NCBI GenBank assembly: GCA_028865725.1
Contig: JAGWJP010000001.1
Location: 377,954 to 441,953 of the forward strand
Length of the DNA: 64,000 nt
Direction of reading: 5' to 3'
Source: Patescibacteria group bacterium
Lineage (GTDB): Bacteria; Patescibacteriota; Minisyncoccia; UBA6257; JACRHW01
Shown here: piece by piece, positions 1 through 9,167 of the stretch
Numbering within the stretch: position 1 is the first letter of the stretch
How the letters are laid out: each line of letters opens with the position of its first letter
Notes under the pieces: generated by a model
What the model was told of the DNA's origin: nothing
Database searches by the model: none
The model's input: only the letters and a program-made list of their open reading frames with translations
Program-made: the position numbers and the translations under genes

Positions 1-43
1 TTATTATCCTAACATACTCTCATACACTAAAACACTATTATTT

Positions 44-325
44 ATGGCACATACCAAATCGGGCGGTTCTACTAAACTAGGAAGAGATTCCGCCTCAAAA
101 CGTCTCGGGGTGAAAATTTTTGATGGACAGTCCGCAGGTCCGGGTAATATTTTAGTGCGGCAGCGTGGTACAAAATGGCATCCTGGCACCAATGTTCGGC
201 GTGGGAGCGATGATACTCTCTATGCTACCGTCGCTGGAGTTGTCAGATTTACGCGCAGACAAAAAACAAATTTTGACGGATCCCATAAAAAAGTATCTGT
301 AGTGAGTGTCATCCCGCATAATTGA
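44..325 (+). CDS. rpmA: 50S ribosomal protein L27
   Basis: [24 protein letters not shown]...[11 protein letters not shown] signature. Confidence 0.98.
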   Translation: MAHTKSGGSTKLGRDSASKRLGVKIFDGQSAGPGNILVRQRGTKWHPGTNVRRGSDDTLYATVAGVVRFTRRQKTNFDGSHKKVSVVSVIPHN

Positions 326-327
326 AT

Positions 328-768
328 CTATTTTTTTTCGATATGGAGATGAAGTAGGGCACGTACTCCTTCATGCAAAGAAACAGGAACTTCCATGTCT
401 CCTGTTTTTTTAATAGGTTTATCTAACAGAATTGCATTGCGAGGAAGAGTGATGCCTTCTTTCAAAAGCGCGTCTTCAATCATTTGTTTCGTGATGGATC
501 CAAACGTAGTATTTTTCGATATTTTAAGAGTAAATCGAAGCGTGATATCGTTAACGCATGTAGCGAGTATTTGTGCGTTTTCTCGTTCTTTTTCTGCCCG
601 GGAAGCATCGGCTTGTTTGGTTTGCGCAAGAAAAGCAAGCGCTTCTTGTGTAGCAAGTTTTGCAAGTCCTCTTGGAAGAAGATAATTTTTTACGTATCCC
701 TCTTTGCATTCTTTTACTTCTCCTTTTTTACCGACTGCGCGTACGTCGTGTAACAGAATTACTTTCAT
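328..768 (-). CDS. rplI: 50S ribosomal protein L9
   Basis: MKVILLHDV...GKKGEVKE..GYVKNYLLP N-domain; FGSIT and PIKKTG motifs. Confidence 0.96.
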   Translation of the reverse strand: MKVILLHDVRAVGKKGEVKECKEGYVKNYLLPRGLAKLATQEALAFLAQTKQADASRAEKERENAQILATCVNDITLRFTLKISKNTTFGSITKQMIEDALLKEGITLPRNAILLDKPIKKTGDMEVPVSLHEGVRALLHLHIEKK

Positions 769-1301
769 AAGCCTGATTTTTGAGCCGTCTCTGCTGGGGG
801 CATATCGTGATGCTCGAATATTAAGTTTTTAATGGCATTTGGATTGGGAATAGAATAGAGTACAAATTGTTCCTCCTCACCGGCAGTTTGTACTTCAAGG
901 TCTCCGAAGTTCAGAAGAGACGGAACAAGTCCCATAACCGCGATATGGATATCTTGAATTTTTTCCAAGCGCATTTCCGAAATATCACGGGCAAAAAGTC
1001 CAAGCTGTTCTACTTTCACGAGGCGACGATTCGTAATGAGAATGTAATCAAGATAATAATTAATTGTCCATATGACTGCTGTTATATTCCATATGCAAAG
1101 TACCCATGCTGCGTAGAGAAAAGATGCGGTGTGTGGTGTGATCAGCAAGGGCCGTGTAGTCAATGTTTTTTGGGGAAGTATCGCTATCACAATGAGAGGG
1201 AGAATGATAAGTATAAGAAACAAAAAAATATCGAGAAGTACAATATACCAATGTCGACGCACTGTTTTAATAATTGTTTCGTCTTGATAGAGGTTAATCA
1301 T
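765..1301 (-). CDS. membrane protein with bacterial PH domain (bPH_2-like)
   Basis: Two TM helices, then ITNRRLV...IQDI...LNFGDLEVQTAG...IPNP pattern. Confidence 0.75.
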   Translation of the reverse strand: MINLYQDETIIKTVRRHWYIVLLDIFLFLILIILPLIVIAILPQKTLTTRPLLITPHTASFLYAAWVLCIWNITAVIWTINYYLDYILITNRRLVKVEQLGLFARDISEMRLEKIQDIHIAVMGLVPSLLNFGDLEVQTAGEEEQFVLYSIPNPNAIKNLIFEHHDMPPAETAQKSGL

Positions 1302-1504
1302 GATGAAATATTAAAAAAAGTAATTAGAGTAATTAAGAATAATATCGCAGTGATGATGGTATACGTAAGTTGAACAACTTTTGCGCTGACAGTATTTGCG
1401 CTATAGTGTCCCCAATGATAGTTCAATATGAGGAGGATAATTCCTGTAATGAGTGCAAGAGCGCCAAATATAAGCCTCACTACTGCGTAAAGTGATGTAT
1501 TCAT
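1298..1504 (-). CDS. small two-TM membrane protein
   Basis: 68 aa hydrophobic ORF with 4-bp overlaps to both neighbours. Confidence 0.6.
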   Translation of the reverse strand: MNTSLYAVVRLIFGALALITGIILLILNYHWGHYSANTVSAKVVQLTYTIITAILFLITLITFFNISS

Positions 1505-2742
1505 TGTGTCGAGGTTAATTGTTGTTGTAATATCTCAATCGCTTTTTGAAGCTGCGGGTCGCGTCCATGCGCTACATCGTCTTCAGAAAGATTAACCGTA
1601 TAATCTGGGATAAGTCCCCCATTCGCAAGGGATGTGCCGTGTGGGGTAAGCCATTTTGCAACGGTAACCTTGATTGATGATCCATCGCTAAGATTTCTCA
1701 ATTCTTGTACGAGTCCTTTTCCAAACGTTTTTGTTCCTACCACCTTTGCGCCTCTATCATCACGCAACGCCCCTGTTACAATTTCTGATGCAGAAGCTGA
1801 TCCGCCGTTTACCAGGAGGACGATGGGTGTGTGTTGTAAAATAGCGTCTCCCCCCAGTGGAGCACGATGAATTTCCGTTTCGTTGTTTGCGTTTTCCTCT
1901 TTTACGATGATAGCACCCGGTGCCACAAAATGACTTGCGATATCAATGCCTACGTCAAGAAATCCGCCTGGGTTGTTGCGCATATCAAGAATATATCCTC
2001 GCGCACCTTGTCGCAGTGAATTCACAATAATTTGATTGATCTTTGATTCAGCAAGTGCATTAAAATTATATAATTTCACGTGCGCGATTCCTCCCGGAAG
2101 CATTTCGAGTTCCGCGGTCGGCAGTGTTATTTCTTCACGTTTCACCGAAATTTCTTTTGGTGTCCGCGTGCCTTTTTTGAGAATAGAGAAGATGACAGTG
2201 CTTCCCACTTTTCCTCGTATCATACTGATTGCAGCGTCGAGTGAGAGATCCTTTGTTACAATCGTATTATCTATTTTGAGGATTTTATCTCCCGATTCAA
2301 GTCCTGCATGCTCTGCCGGACTACCTTTGAGCGGCGCCACAATAGCAAGATATCCTTCTTGAAATCCAATTTCTGCCCCAATGCCTCCAAAGCTTCCCCC
2401 CACATCTTCTTGAAATGCTTGGTTTTCTTGCGGAGTAAAGAATTCCGTATAAGGATCTCCCAACGAATTCACCATTCCTTTTATTGCGCCATAAACCATA
2501 TCTTGATTATTGAGGTTGTTTTTTGAAAGATACAATGTTTTTACTGCATCCCATGTTTCCCAGAATATGCTGAAATTGACATTGGGTACATGCGATCCTT
2601 GTTCGATATTTGGCGGGATGCTCTCTGTAAAACTAAAAGAAGGAGCAGAGAGTCGACCCAAAACAAAACCGCCGATTCCTACTAAAAAGAATAGTCCAAT
2701 AACAATCAGAATTTTCAGAGTGTTACGTGTTGTGAGGTTCAC
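1501..2742 (-). CDS. S41 family C-terminal processing protease (PDZ + protease)
   Basis: N-terminal TM, LGDPYT, FGGIG, DMRNNPGG, SASASE, KTFGKG. Confidence 0.95.
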   Translation of the reverse strand: MNLTTRNTLKILIVIGLFFLVGIGGFVLGRLSAPSFSFTESIPPNIEQGSHVPNVNFSIFWETWDAVKTLYLSKNNLNNQDMVYGAIKGMVNSLGDPYTEFFTPQENQAFQEDVGGSFGGIGAEIGFQEGYLAIVAPLKGSPAEHAGLESGDKILKIDNTIVTKDLSLDAAISMIRGKVGSTVIFSILKKGTRTPKEISVKREEITLPTAELEMLPGGIAHVKLYNFNALAESKINQIIVNSLRQGARGYILDMRNNPGGFLDVGIDIASHFVAPGAIIVKEENANNETEIHRAPLGGDAILQHTPIVLLVNGGSASASEIVTGALRDDRGAKVVGTKTFGKGLVQELRNLSDGSSIKVTVAKWLTPHGTSLANGGLIPDYTVNLSEDDVAHGRDPQLQKAIEILQQQLTSTQ

Positions 2743-2852
2743 GTTTTTTTGCGTATTTCTATTTACTTGTGTACGCTAACAATAGATACTAGATGCTATA
2801 AATAACTCTTTTAGTATCGGTTTTTTGCGTGATGGTGTCAACAAATAGCCCC

Positions 2853-4751
2853 ATGTATACGATTAAGGCACTCGTGATAGAATCTTCTCTTCCGGATCCA
2901 ATTCTTATTTATTATGCAAAAGAGGATCTTTCCCGCGGAAGTTTGGTTGTGGTTCCTCTCCGCAACAAACTCGTCCCCGCATTTGTTATGGAGTCATCCC
3001 CTCTTCTCGATCGTAAATTATCGATTAAGCAAGCCGGATATTCCTTACAGCGGGTGACGCGCGTGATTACGTATGCCCCTATTATTTCGCCGCGTCAAAA
3101 AATTTTTTTTGAACGTCTTTCTTTTTATTATCATGTATCAATTCCCTCACTTTTAAAATTTCTACTTCCACCCATACAAAAAACATTCTTGCATTTTCCC
3201 ATAGTGCAACCTAAGACAGATCGTATTACACCACACGTTTTTTCTATTGTCTTTCGTTCTGTACATGATTCACCCTACATGATTGATGATGCTCTACTTC
3301 AACGCTTGTCTGAAGAAGGGGGGCAGCACTGCATTATCTTTCCCACCCATGCCATTCTTTCAGAAACACTGGCGCGTCTTGCTCCCTCTCAACACATTGT
3401 CGCGTATAAGAAAAGCATGAAAGCGAAAGAAGTTCGTGAACTTTGGATACGTATCTTGCAAGGAGAACCTGTTGTGGTATTAGGACTTCCTTCAGCGTTA
3501 TACCTTCCATGGCAATACCTGTGTTCAGTTCATGTGGCACATGCTTCACGTGAATTATACAATTCATCGTCCTTTCCTTTTATCGATGGCGTGCGCGCGG
3601 CCAGAGAAGCAGGTATGATATATAATGCGCGAGTAGTGCTTCTTGATGTACTCCCGCGTGTGGGATGGGGACTTTCTAATCATGAAGGATCGCGCTTTGC
3701 TTTACCCACAATCACACTGTTTACTGAACATTCCATCCCTTCTTGGCACATGCCGCAGGAGCGACCTTTGTGGCCTGACGTCATGCGTAATGCGATCATT
3801 CAAAAACGAGATTCTGCAAAAAAGATTTTAATTTTTGTCAATCGACGTGGCTATATCCCTCTTGTTGCGTGTGCATCGTGTGGTTATACTTATGCGTGTC
3901 CAAAATGTTCCGCAGGATTCACTCTTCACAAGGAGAAGGGCGCCTTACTCTTACGTTGCCATCGTTGTGGATATGAAGAGGTCTCCCCCCATGATGTCTG
4001 TCCGTTGTGCCACGGTTTTTTTACGCGTTGGTATGGGGCGGGAACTGCGCGCGTAATACAGGAGAGCCTGCAGTTGTTTCCCGGATATACTCATGTGCAA
4101 TTTGATAGTGATGTGGCACACACTAATCTTCAAGAAGAAAAATTATTAGATACGTTTTTATATGCAGAGCATGCCGTACTTGTGACGACGGAATTACTCT
4201 TCAAACATATTCTACCCGCGAGCGATCTGACTCTCGTTGTTGATGTGGATCGTATGATGAATATTCCAGATTTTTCTACGGAAGAACGCATGGTATATCG
4301 ACTTTCTGCGCTTGGTATGCGTTCTCGTTGCTGCATGATATCAACTCATAATCCTGACCGTGCGGTTTTTCGCGCACTTACCGATCCCTCGCAATTTTTT
4401 GAAGACGAACTTGCTAATCGGAAGCGGTACGAATTTCCCCCGTATTGTGAGATAGTACGCGTAACATATGCGCACAAAGATAAAAGACGTGTTCAAGAAT
4501 TACTCGTTCATATTGCGAACGATATGCGCAAGGTGCTTACTAAAATTCAAAAAGAACATGAATTTGAGATTATAGATCCGTTTCCTGCATATGTTGAGCG
4601 TATACACAATCGCTATCAATACCACCTTCTTGTGAAAATGAAAAAAAATATTTGTGAACGTACTGATGCGGATATTGCAGCGCGTAATACACTCCTCCGC
4701 ACGATACCACAAGGATGCACGATAATTATCGAACCCCCTTCTATTTTCTAA
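2853..4751 (+). CDS. priA: primosomal protein N' (PriA)-like, helicase motifs degenerate
   Basis: GSLVVVPL N-domain, NRRGY plus four CxxC, GAGT, PPY; start uncertain (2829 GTG or 2853 ATG). Confidence 0.85.
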   Translation: MYTIKALVIESSLPDPILIYYAKEDLSRGSLVVVPLRNKLVPAFVMESSPLLDRKLSIKQAGYSLQRVTRVITYAPIISPRQKIFFERLSFYYHVSIPSLLKFLLPPIQKTFLHFPIVQPKTDRITPHVFSIVFRSVHDSPYMIDDALLQRLSEEGGQHCIIFPTHAILSETLARLAPSQHIVAYKKSMKAKEVRELWIRILQGEPVVVLGLPSALYLPWQYLCSVHVAHASRELYNSSSFPFIDGVRAAREAGMIYNARVVLLDVLPRVGWGLSNHEGSRFALPTITLFTEHSIPSWHMPQERPLWPDVMRNAIIQKRDSAKKILIFVNRRGYIPLVACASCGYTYACPKCSAGFTLHKEKGALLLRCHRCGYEEVSPHDVCPLCHGFFTRWYGAGTARVIQESLQLFPGYTHVQFDSDVAHTNLQEEKLLDTFLYAEHAVLVTTELLFKHILPASDLTLVVDVDRMMNIPDFSTEERMVYRLSALGMRSRCCMISTHNPDRAVFRALTDPSQFFEDELANRKRYEFPPYCEIVRVTYAHKDKRRVQELLVHIANDMRKVLTKIQKEHEFEIIDPFPAYVERIHNRYQYHLLVKMKKNICERTDADIAARNTLLRTIPQGCTIIIEPPSIF

Positions 4752-4832
4752 TATTTCGTGGTACAACAGATACATCGACTGTGATTACGTTCATCGTATG
4801 CGTGTTCATATTTGTTAAGAAACGCTATTGCC

Positions 4833-5300
4833 ATGTTCAAAATTCTTACTATCCACGACAAACAATCAGAGCTATTTTTGAGAAAGAAGACAAATTCTGT
4901 CTCAGATCCCAAAATGGTCACCCGTTCATTTATCAATGAAATGAAAAAAACAATGATCGGGGCAAATGGCATTGGGCTCGCGGCGAATCAAATCGGTAAT
5001 AATACGCGTATTTTTGTGGCGACTCATGCGGGTAAGTTTTATGTGTTTATCAACCCGATACTTCTAAAATCCTCAACGGAAGAAGACACAATGGAAGAAG
5101 GCTGCCTAAGTGTCCCGAATGTATATGGAGCAGTGACACGAGCCTCGAAAGTGGTAATTCAAGGAATCGATGTGCGTGGCAAATTGGTGAAGTTAAAAGC
5201 AGTCGGCCTCCTTGCGCGTATTTTTCAGCATGAACTTGACCATCTTAATGGAACGTTATTTATTGATAAAGCATCAGAAACCTATTCAGTAGAAGACTAA
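4833..5300 (+). CDS. def: peptide deformylase
   Basis: GIGLAANQ, EGCLS, QHELDHLNG. Confidence 0.97.
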   Translation: MFKILTIHDKQSELFLRKKTNSVSDPKMVTRSFINEMKKTMIGANGIGLAANQIGNNTRIFVATHAGKFYVFINPILLKSSTEEDTMEEGCLSVPNVYGAVTRASKVVIQGIDVRGKLVKLKAVGLLARIFQHELDHLNGTLFIDKASETYSVED

Positions 5301-5312
5301 TCGACATTGTGT

Positions 5313-6161
5313 ATGCGTTATGTATTTTGGGGAACTCCTGAGTTTGCGGTTATTATCCTGCGCGGTCTTATAGACGGAGGGTATATTCCCTCCGCAGTTG
5401 TTACGAATCCAGATAAACCGGTAGGACGAAAACACATTATTACCCCCCCGCCGATAAAGCAGTATGTTGATGAATACTGTCTGCGTACAGGCGTAGTTAT
5501 TCCTATCTTGCAGTCCGAGAAAATACATGATATAGCCGAGCAATTGCGGGCGTTTATCCCTGATATATTTATCGTCGCCGCGTATGGAAAATTAATTCCA
5601 CCCTCTATCCTCGATATTCCCGCGAAAGGGAGTATTAACGTGCATCCGTCACTTCTCCCTCGTTATCGTGGTCCCACGCCCATTCAAACCTCCCTGCTCA
5701 ATGGTGATAAAAAATCTGGCGTTTCTGTAATGCTTCTTGACAAGCAAATGGATCATGGACCAATCCTTATGCAACGCGAAGCACCAATCGAGAAACAAAA
5801 TTACCTTGAATTATCAAAAGAGTTCGCAGAAATGGGTGCGCAGCTTCTTCTAGAAGCTATTCCAAAATGGATAGAGGGAAAGATTCAACCTATCTCGCAA
5901 AATGATAATGAAGCAACATTTACACGAATTTATACAAGAGAAGATAGTTTCCTTGACCTCACAAGTTCAATAGAAATGCTAGACCGTCAGATTCGCGCCT
6001 TAAATCCAGAGCCAGGTACTTATGTAATAAAGAATGGGAAACGTATTAAAATATTAAAAGCCCATATTGCTCATGATGTGCTTGTTCTCGACACCATCCA
6101 GCATGAGGGAAAGAAAGCAATGATCTGCGGAAAATCACTCGAAACTTTCCTTTCTCAATAG
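5313..6161 (+). CDS. fmt: methionyl-tRNA formyltransferase
   Basis: FWGTPEFA, NVHPSLLPRYRGPTP; follows def. Confidence 0.96.
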   Translation: MRYVFWGTPEFAVIILRGLIDGGYIPSAVVTNPDKPVGRKHIITPPPIKQYVDEYCLRTGVVIPILQSEKIHDIAEQLRAFIPDIFIVAAYGKLIPPSILDIPAKGSINVHPSLLPRYRGPTPIQTSLLNGDKKSGVSVMLLDKQMDHGPILMQREAPIEKQNYLELSKEFAEMGAQLLLEAIPKWIEGKIQPISQNDNEATFTRIYTREDSFLDLTSSIEMLDRQIRALNPEPGTYVIKNGKRIKILKAHIAHDVLVLDTIQHEGKKAMICGKSLETFLSQ

Positions 6162-6163
6162 AA

Positions 6164-7180
6164 TTATGAGCGTGGCACTCCTTTGCATGCGCCAAAAAGG
6201 GTGATGCTGTCCCACGGTTTCCAGTTTGCGCCATTGCCAGACATTTCTGCAAATTTTTTAAGATTTGTAACCGGATCTTTTGCAGCTTGCACGCACTGTT
6301 CATACAACGCCTTGTCTTTAATGGTGCATGCATCCCGTTTTCCGAGCGGGGTAGAGGCTCCCTTACCTACGTAGTTATCAAACGCGGCGGGGCAGTTTAA
6401 GCCTCCAATAGAGTTTGCAGCAATGTTAATTTGTCCCAGTCCGAATACGGTGGATTGTGGTGTCGTATATCCATATTTACTTGGGTTATTATAGCCCCCG
6501 CAATAGGCAGTTGAAAGATATTGATCATTAGGATTAGGTGGAGAGATGTTGGGGTTGCCTCCGCTTTCTGCATTGCACACACACGCAGCAAGTTCTACAT
6601 TGTGTGTAAAAAATTGCTTGAGATAGTCTACCGAACAGAATCCTGTCGAAGAAGGTTTATATGTTTGTTGCGAAGATGCTGAAGAAGGCACCCATACCGC
6701 ACTTTCTCGTGTACTAAGCCCAATACTTTGTACGTTTTGATTAAGACCGATATTAAGTGGTTGGCTCGCGGTGCATGAAAATTTGTACCACGTGCCTTCG
6801 ATGTTGCTGCCCCCCGCGAGAAATCGTACCACGGTATTTACAATCACAAACGAACAGTAGATTATTACGAGCCACTTCAATGTCGACCAAATCATAGTGC
6901 GTGCCTCGTTAATTTTCCCCGTGTTTGAGCTGTAGACAATCATCAAGACTCCTGCGTAGGCAATGCGCAGAATAGCTACGACGGGGCTCCACGTGAGAAG
7001 AAAAAGATAGATATTATTAAGGAGCACCCCAAAATCGCATAGTCCGCAATTTCCCCCATTACACGGCACTAACCCTTGTGCAGACGCTAAAAATGGGAGA
7101 GTGATTAACAAAAGCGTACAGGAACATGCAAACAGAATTTTTCTAGCGAGATTTATAGACGGCAGCATAGTCATTAGCAT
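6164..7180 (-). CDS. CPR pilin-like (TrbC/VirB2-like) protein fused to lytic transglycosylase (SLT)-like domain
   Basis: Signal peptide, GLVPC..C..CD, two TM helices; C-terminal AESGGNP, GLGQI, DPVTN, WKPW; start may be 7168. Confidence 0.75.
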   Translation of the reverse strand: MLMTMLPSINLARKILFACSCTLLLITLPFLASAQGLVPCNGGNCGLCDFGVLLNNIYLFLLTWSPVVAILRIAYAGVLMIVYSSNTGKINEARTMIWSTLKWLVIIYCSFVIVNTVVRFLAGGSNIEGTWYKFSCTASQPLNIGLNQNVQSIGLSTRESAVWVPSSASSQQTYKPSSTGFCSVDYLKQFFTHNVELAACVCNAESGGNPNISPPNPNDQYLSTAYCGGYNNPSKYGYTTPQSTVFGLGQINIAANSIGGLNCPAAFDNYVGKGASTPLGKRDACTIKDKALYEQCVQAAKDPVTNLKKFAEMSGNGANWKPWDSITLFGACKGVPRS

Positions 7181-8183
7181 TCGAGCTGTATTTTACATTC
7201 GTATCCCAAAATTTATCTTTTGAATTTAATTTTCTGATAAGTGCTGGCTTTCCTGAGCCACTGTATCCATTTGGATCAACGAAGTAGATATCGTAACTTC
7301 CATCGCTTTGTGCTTTCATATCAAGTACCATGGTCCAATGTTCTCCGCTTCCTTCTCCTCTTGTGTGCGTTTGAAGAACCTCCCCCTTTGAAATATAAGT
7401 ATCTGCAAGATTTTTGAAAAATGAGTCTGGAGGATGAGCTCCTTTTGATACGGTGTCTGGTACAAGCCCTATGAACGTACCGCTATTATCCCCGAGTTTA
7501 TTCATATTTCTCGCACACGCAGTTGGTCCATAGGTTGGGTTGTTGGGATTATTTTGGTTATATGCAGACGGATTCATAAGATAATTGTTATACATTGTTT
7601 TTGCAAGCGGATTCAAATTGCTTACAATATCTGAAGGAAGACTGGTTGCTATTTTTCCTCCCGACGTAATTGTTCCTGTGGGATTGGAGGTTGGGGGGTT
7701 TAGTGCCGCACTTTCTGTTGTTCGTAGACCTACCATTAAGACGTTTTCATTGAGTCCTATTTGTGCCGCAGAACCTGTACAGGAGAAGGTAAGAAATCCA
7801 TTCGGACCGCCACGTTGTATTGCATCACCACCCACCGCCAGAAGTACCTGATCTACAATGAGCCAAGAACCAAACGCGATCGCGAGGCCAATAAGAGTCG
7901 TAATAATAAGTCCTCGAGATTTCTCTGCTTTTCCAGGATTCGCACTGTTGATAATCATTTGAACCCCGGCATACGTTAAAAGTCCAATGGCAAATAATGC
8001 AGCAATACCCAATAGCCACATATAAATATTGTGGATAAGGACCAGCACGTCGCAGAGAGAGCATTGAAGTACATCGCCTTGGCATGCGGAAGGAACGAGA
8101 CCTGCATCAGCCGCAAACACTGCGACAGGAAACAGAACAACTGATACAAGCGCGATCATAACTAATAAAAAACGAAATGGCAT
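7143..8183 (-). CDS. CPR pilin-like protein fused to putative papain-like (C39-like) domain
   Basis: Same pilin module; C-terminal YNQ...TAC, HWTMVL, IYFVDP. Confidence 0.65.
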   Translation of the reverse strand: MPFRFLLVMIALVSVVLFPVAVFAADAGLVPSACQGDVLQCSLCDVLVLIHNIYMWLLGIAALFAIGLLTYAGVQMIINSANPGKAEKSRGLIITTLIGLAIAFGSWLIVDQVLLAVGGDAIQRGGPNGFLTFSCTGSAAQIGLNENVLMVGLRTTESAALNPPTSNPTGTITSGGKIATSLPSDIVSNLNPLAKTMYNNYLMNPSAYNQNNPNNPTYGPTACARNMNKLGDNSGTFIGLVPDTVSKGAHPPDSFFKNLADTYISKGEVLQTHTRGEGSGEHWTMVLDMKAQSDGSYDIYFVDPNGYSGSGKPALIRKLNSKDKFWDTNVKYSSNANDYAAVYKSR

Positions 8184-8216
8184 GGTATATTTGGGTGGTT
8201 AACAATGCACAACTCT

Positions 8217-8570
8217 TTATGCAGCGGGTGGAGTAAGATTGGGGGGCAAGGGGGTAAATGAGTTTGAAGGAGGTGGAGTTGGGACGGAAGGCGCGGAAAC
8301 ACATGCTCCGGTGCGGCTCCCTAAAACTTCTAGTACTGCATAGACGAGACCTTGCGCGAACAAAATAACCGCAAGGCCTATCACGCTCCACTTAAGCGTT
8401 TCAGCACCCTTTTTCACACCTTGGCCGCCTTGCGAGGTGAGAAATTGAAACGCGCCTATAATGATATATACCACGACAAGTGCAATCCCGATATTTCGAA
8501 TAAATGCCGTGATATTCGCGATGATATCGCAAATTGTTTTTCCTGCGAGCGGATCGATAGCGTTAAACAT
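8217..8570 (-). CDS. CPR pilin-like protein with Pro-rich tail
   Basis: DPL..TI.DII, IIIGAFQFLTSQG...K..LKWSVIGLAVILFA two-TM pilin pattern. Confidence 0.75.
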   Translation of the reverse strand: MFNAIDPLAGKTICDIIANITAFIRNIGIALVVVYIIIGAFQFLTSQGGQGVKKGAETLKWSVIGLAVILFAQGLVYAVLEVLGSRTGACVSAPSVPTPPPSNSFTPLPPNLTPPAA

Positions 8571-8580
8571 ACTGTACAGA

Positions 8581-9093
8581 TTATTTCTTGTGTGAAAAAT
8601 TAGTAATTACTTTTATCTCACTGTTAGGAACAAAGTGTATGGCATCATCTTCGCCTTGTAATACTGTATTTTGGAAGTTTATTTCTTTCACCACGCCACT
8701 CACCCCTGCAAGAGTGACCGTGTCCCCCACTTCGTAAAATCCACTAAGAAGAAGCGAAAAACTGATTGCAAAGTTTTTAAGCGTCGATTGAAAACTAATT
8801 CCCGCAATAACTCCCACAACCCCCGCTCCCGTAAGAAGGGCGGTGATGTTGATGTGGAATTGAACGAGAATGACAATAATGGTTACAACCCATAGTACTA
8901 TTGTTGCGATACTGTCAATGAATCCAAGGATAGTGACAAGACGTTTTTTGTGAAGTAGTTGCGGAGTCGCGTGACGTACATGAAATAATACCCACGCAAG
9001 CGGACGTATGAGTTGTTTCGCTACATAAAATATCAACAGAATAATGCCGATGCGTACCGCGATATTATCAAAAATAGTGAGGTAGGATTCCAT
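8581..9093 (-). CDS. small-conductance mechanosensitive channel family protein (short)
   Basis: LLTGAGVVGVIAGISFQS, VGDTV...GVVKEI...VPNS. Confidence 0.88.
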   Translation of the reverse strand: MESYLTIFDNIAVRIGIILLIFYVAKQLIRPLAWVLFHVRHATPQLLHKKRLVTILGFIDSIATIVLWVVTIIVILVQFHINITALLTGAGVVGVIAGISFQSTLKNFAISFSLLLSGFYEVGDTVTLAGVSGVVKEINFQNTVLQGEDDAIHFVPNSEIKVITNFSHKK

Positions 9094-9167
9094 TGAGTGG
9101 AAGATTTAAAATGGTGTACTACTGTATGGGTGGTTGTTTCTAGTATACTATTTTTTGTAGTAAGTTT

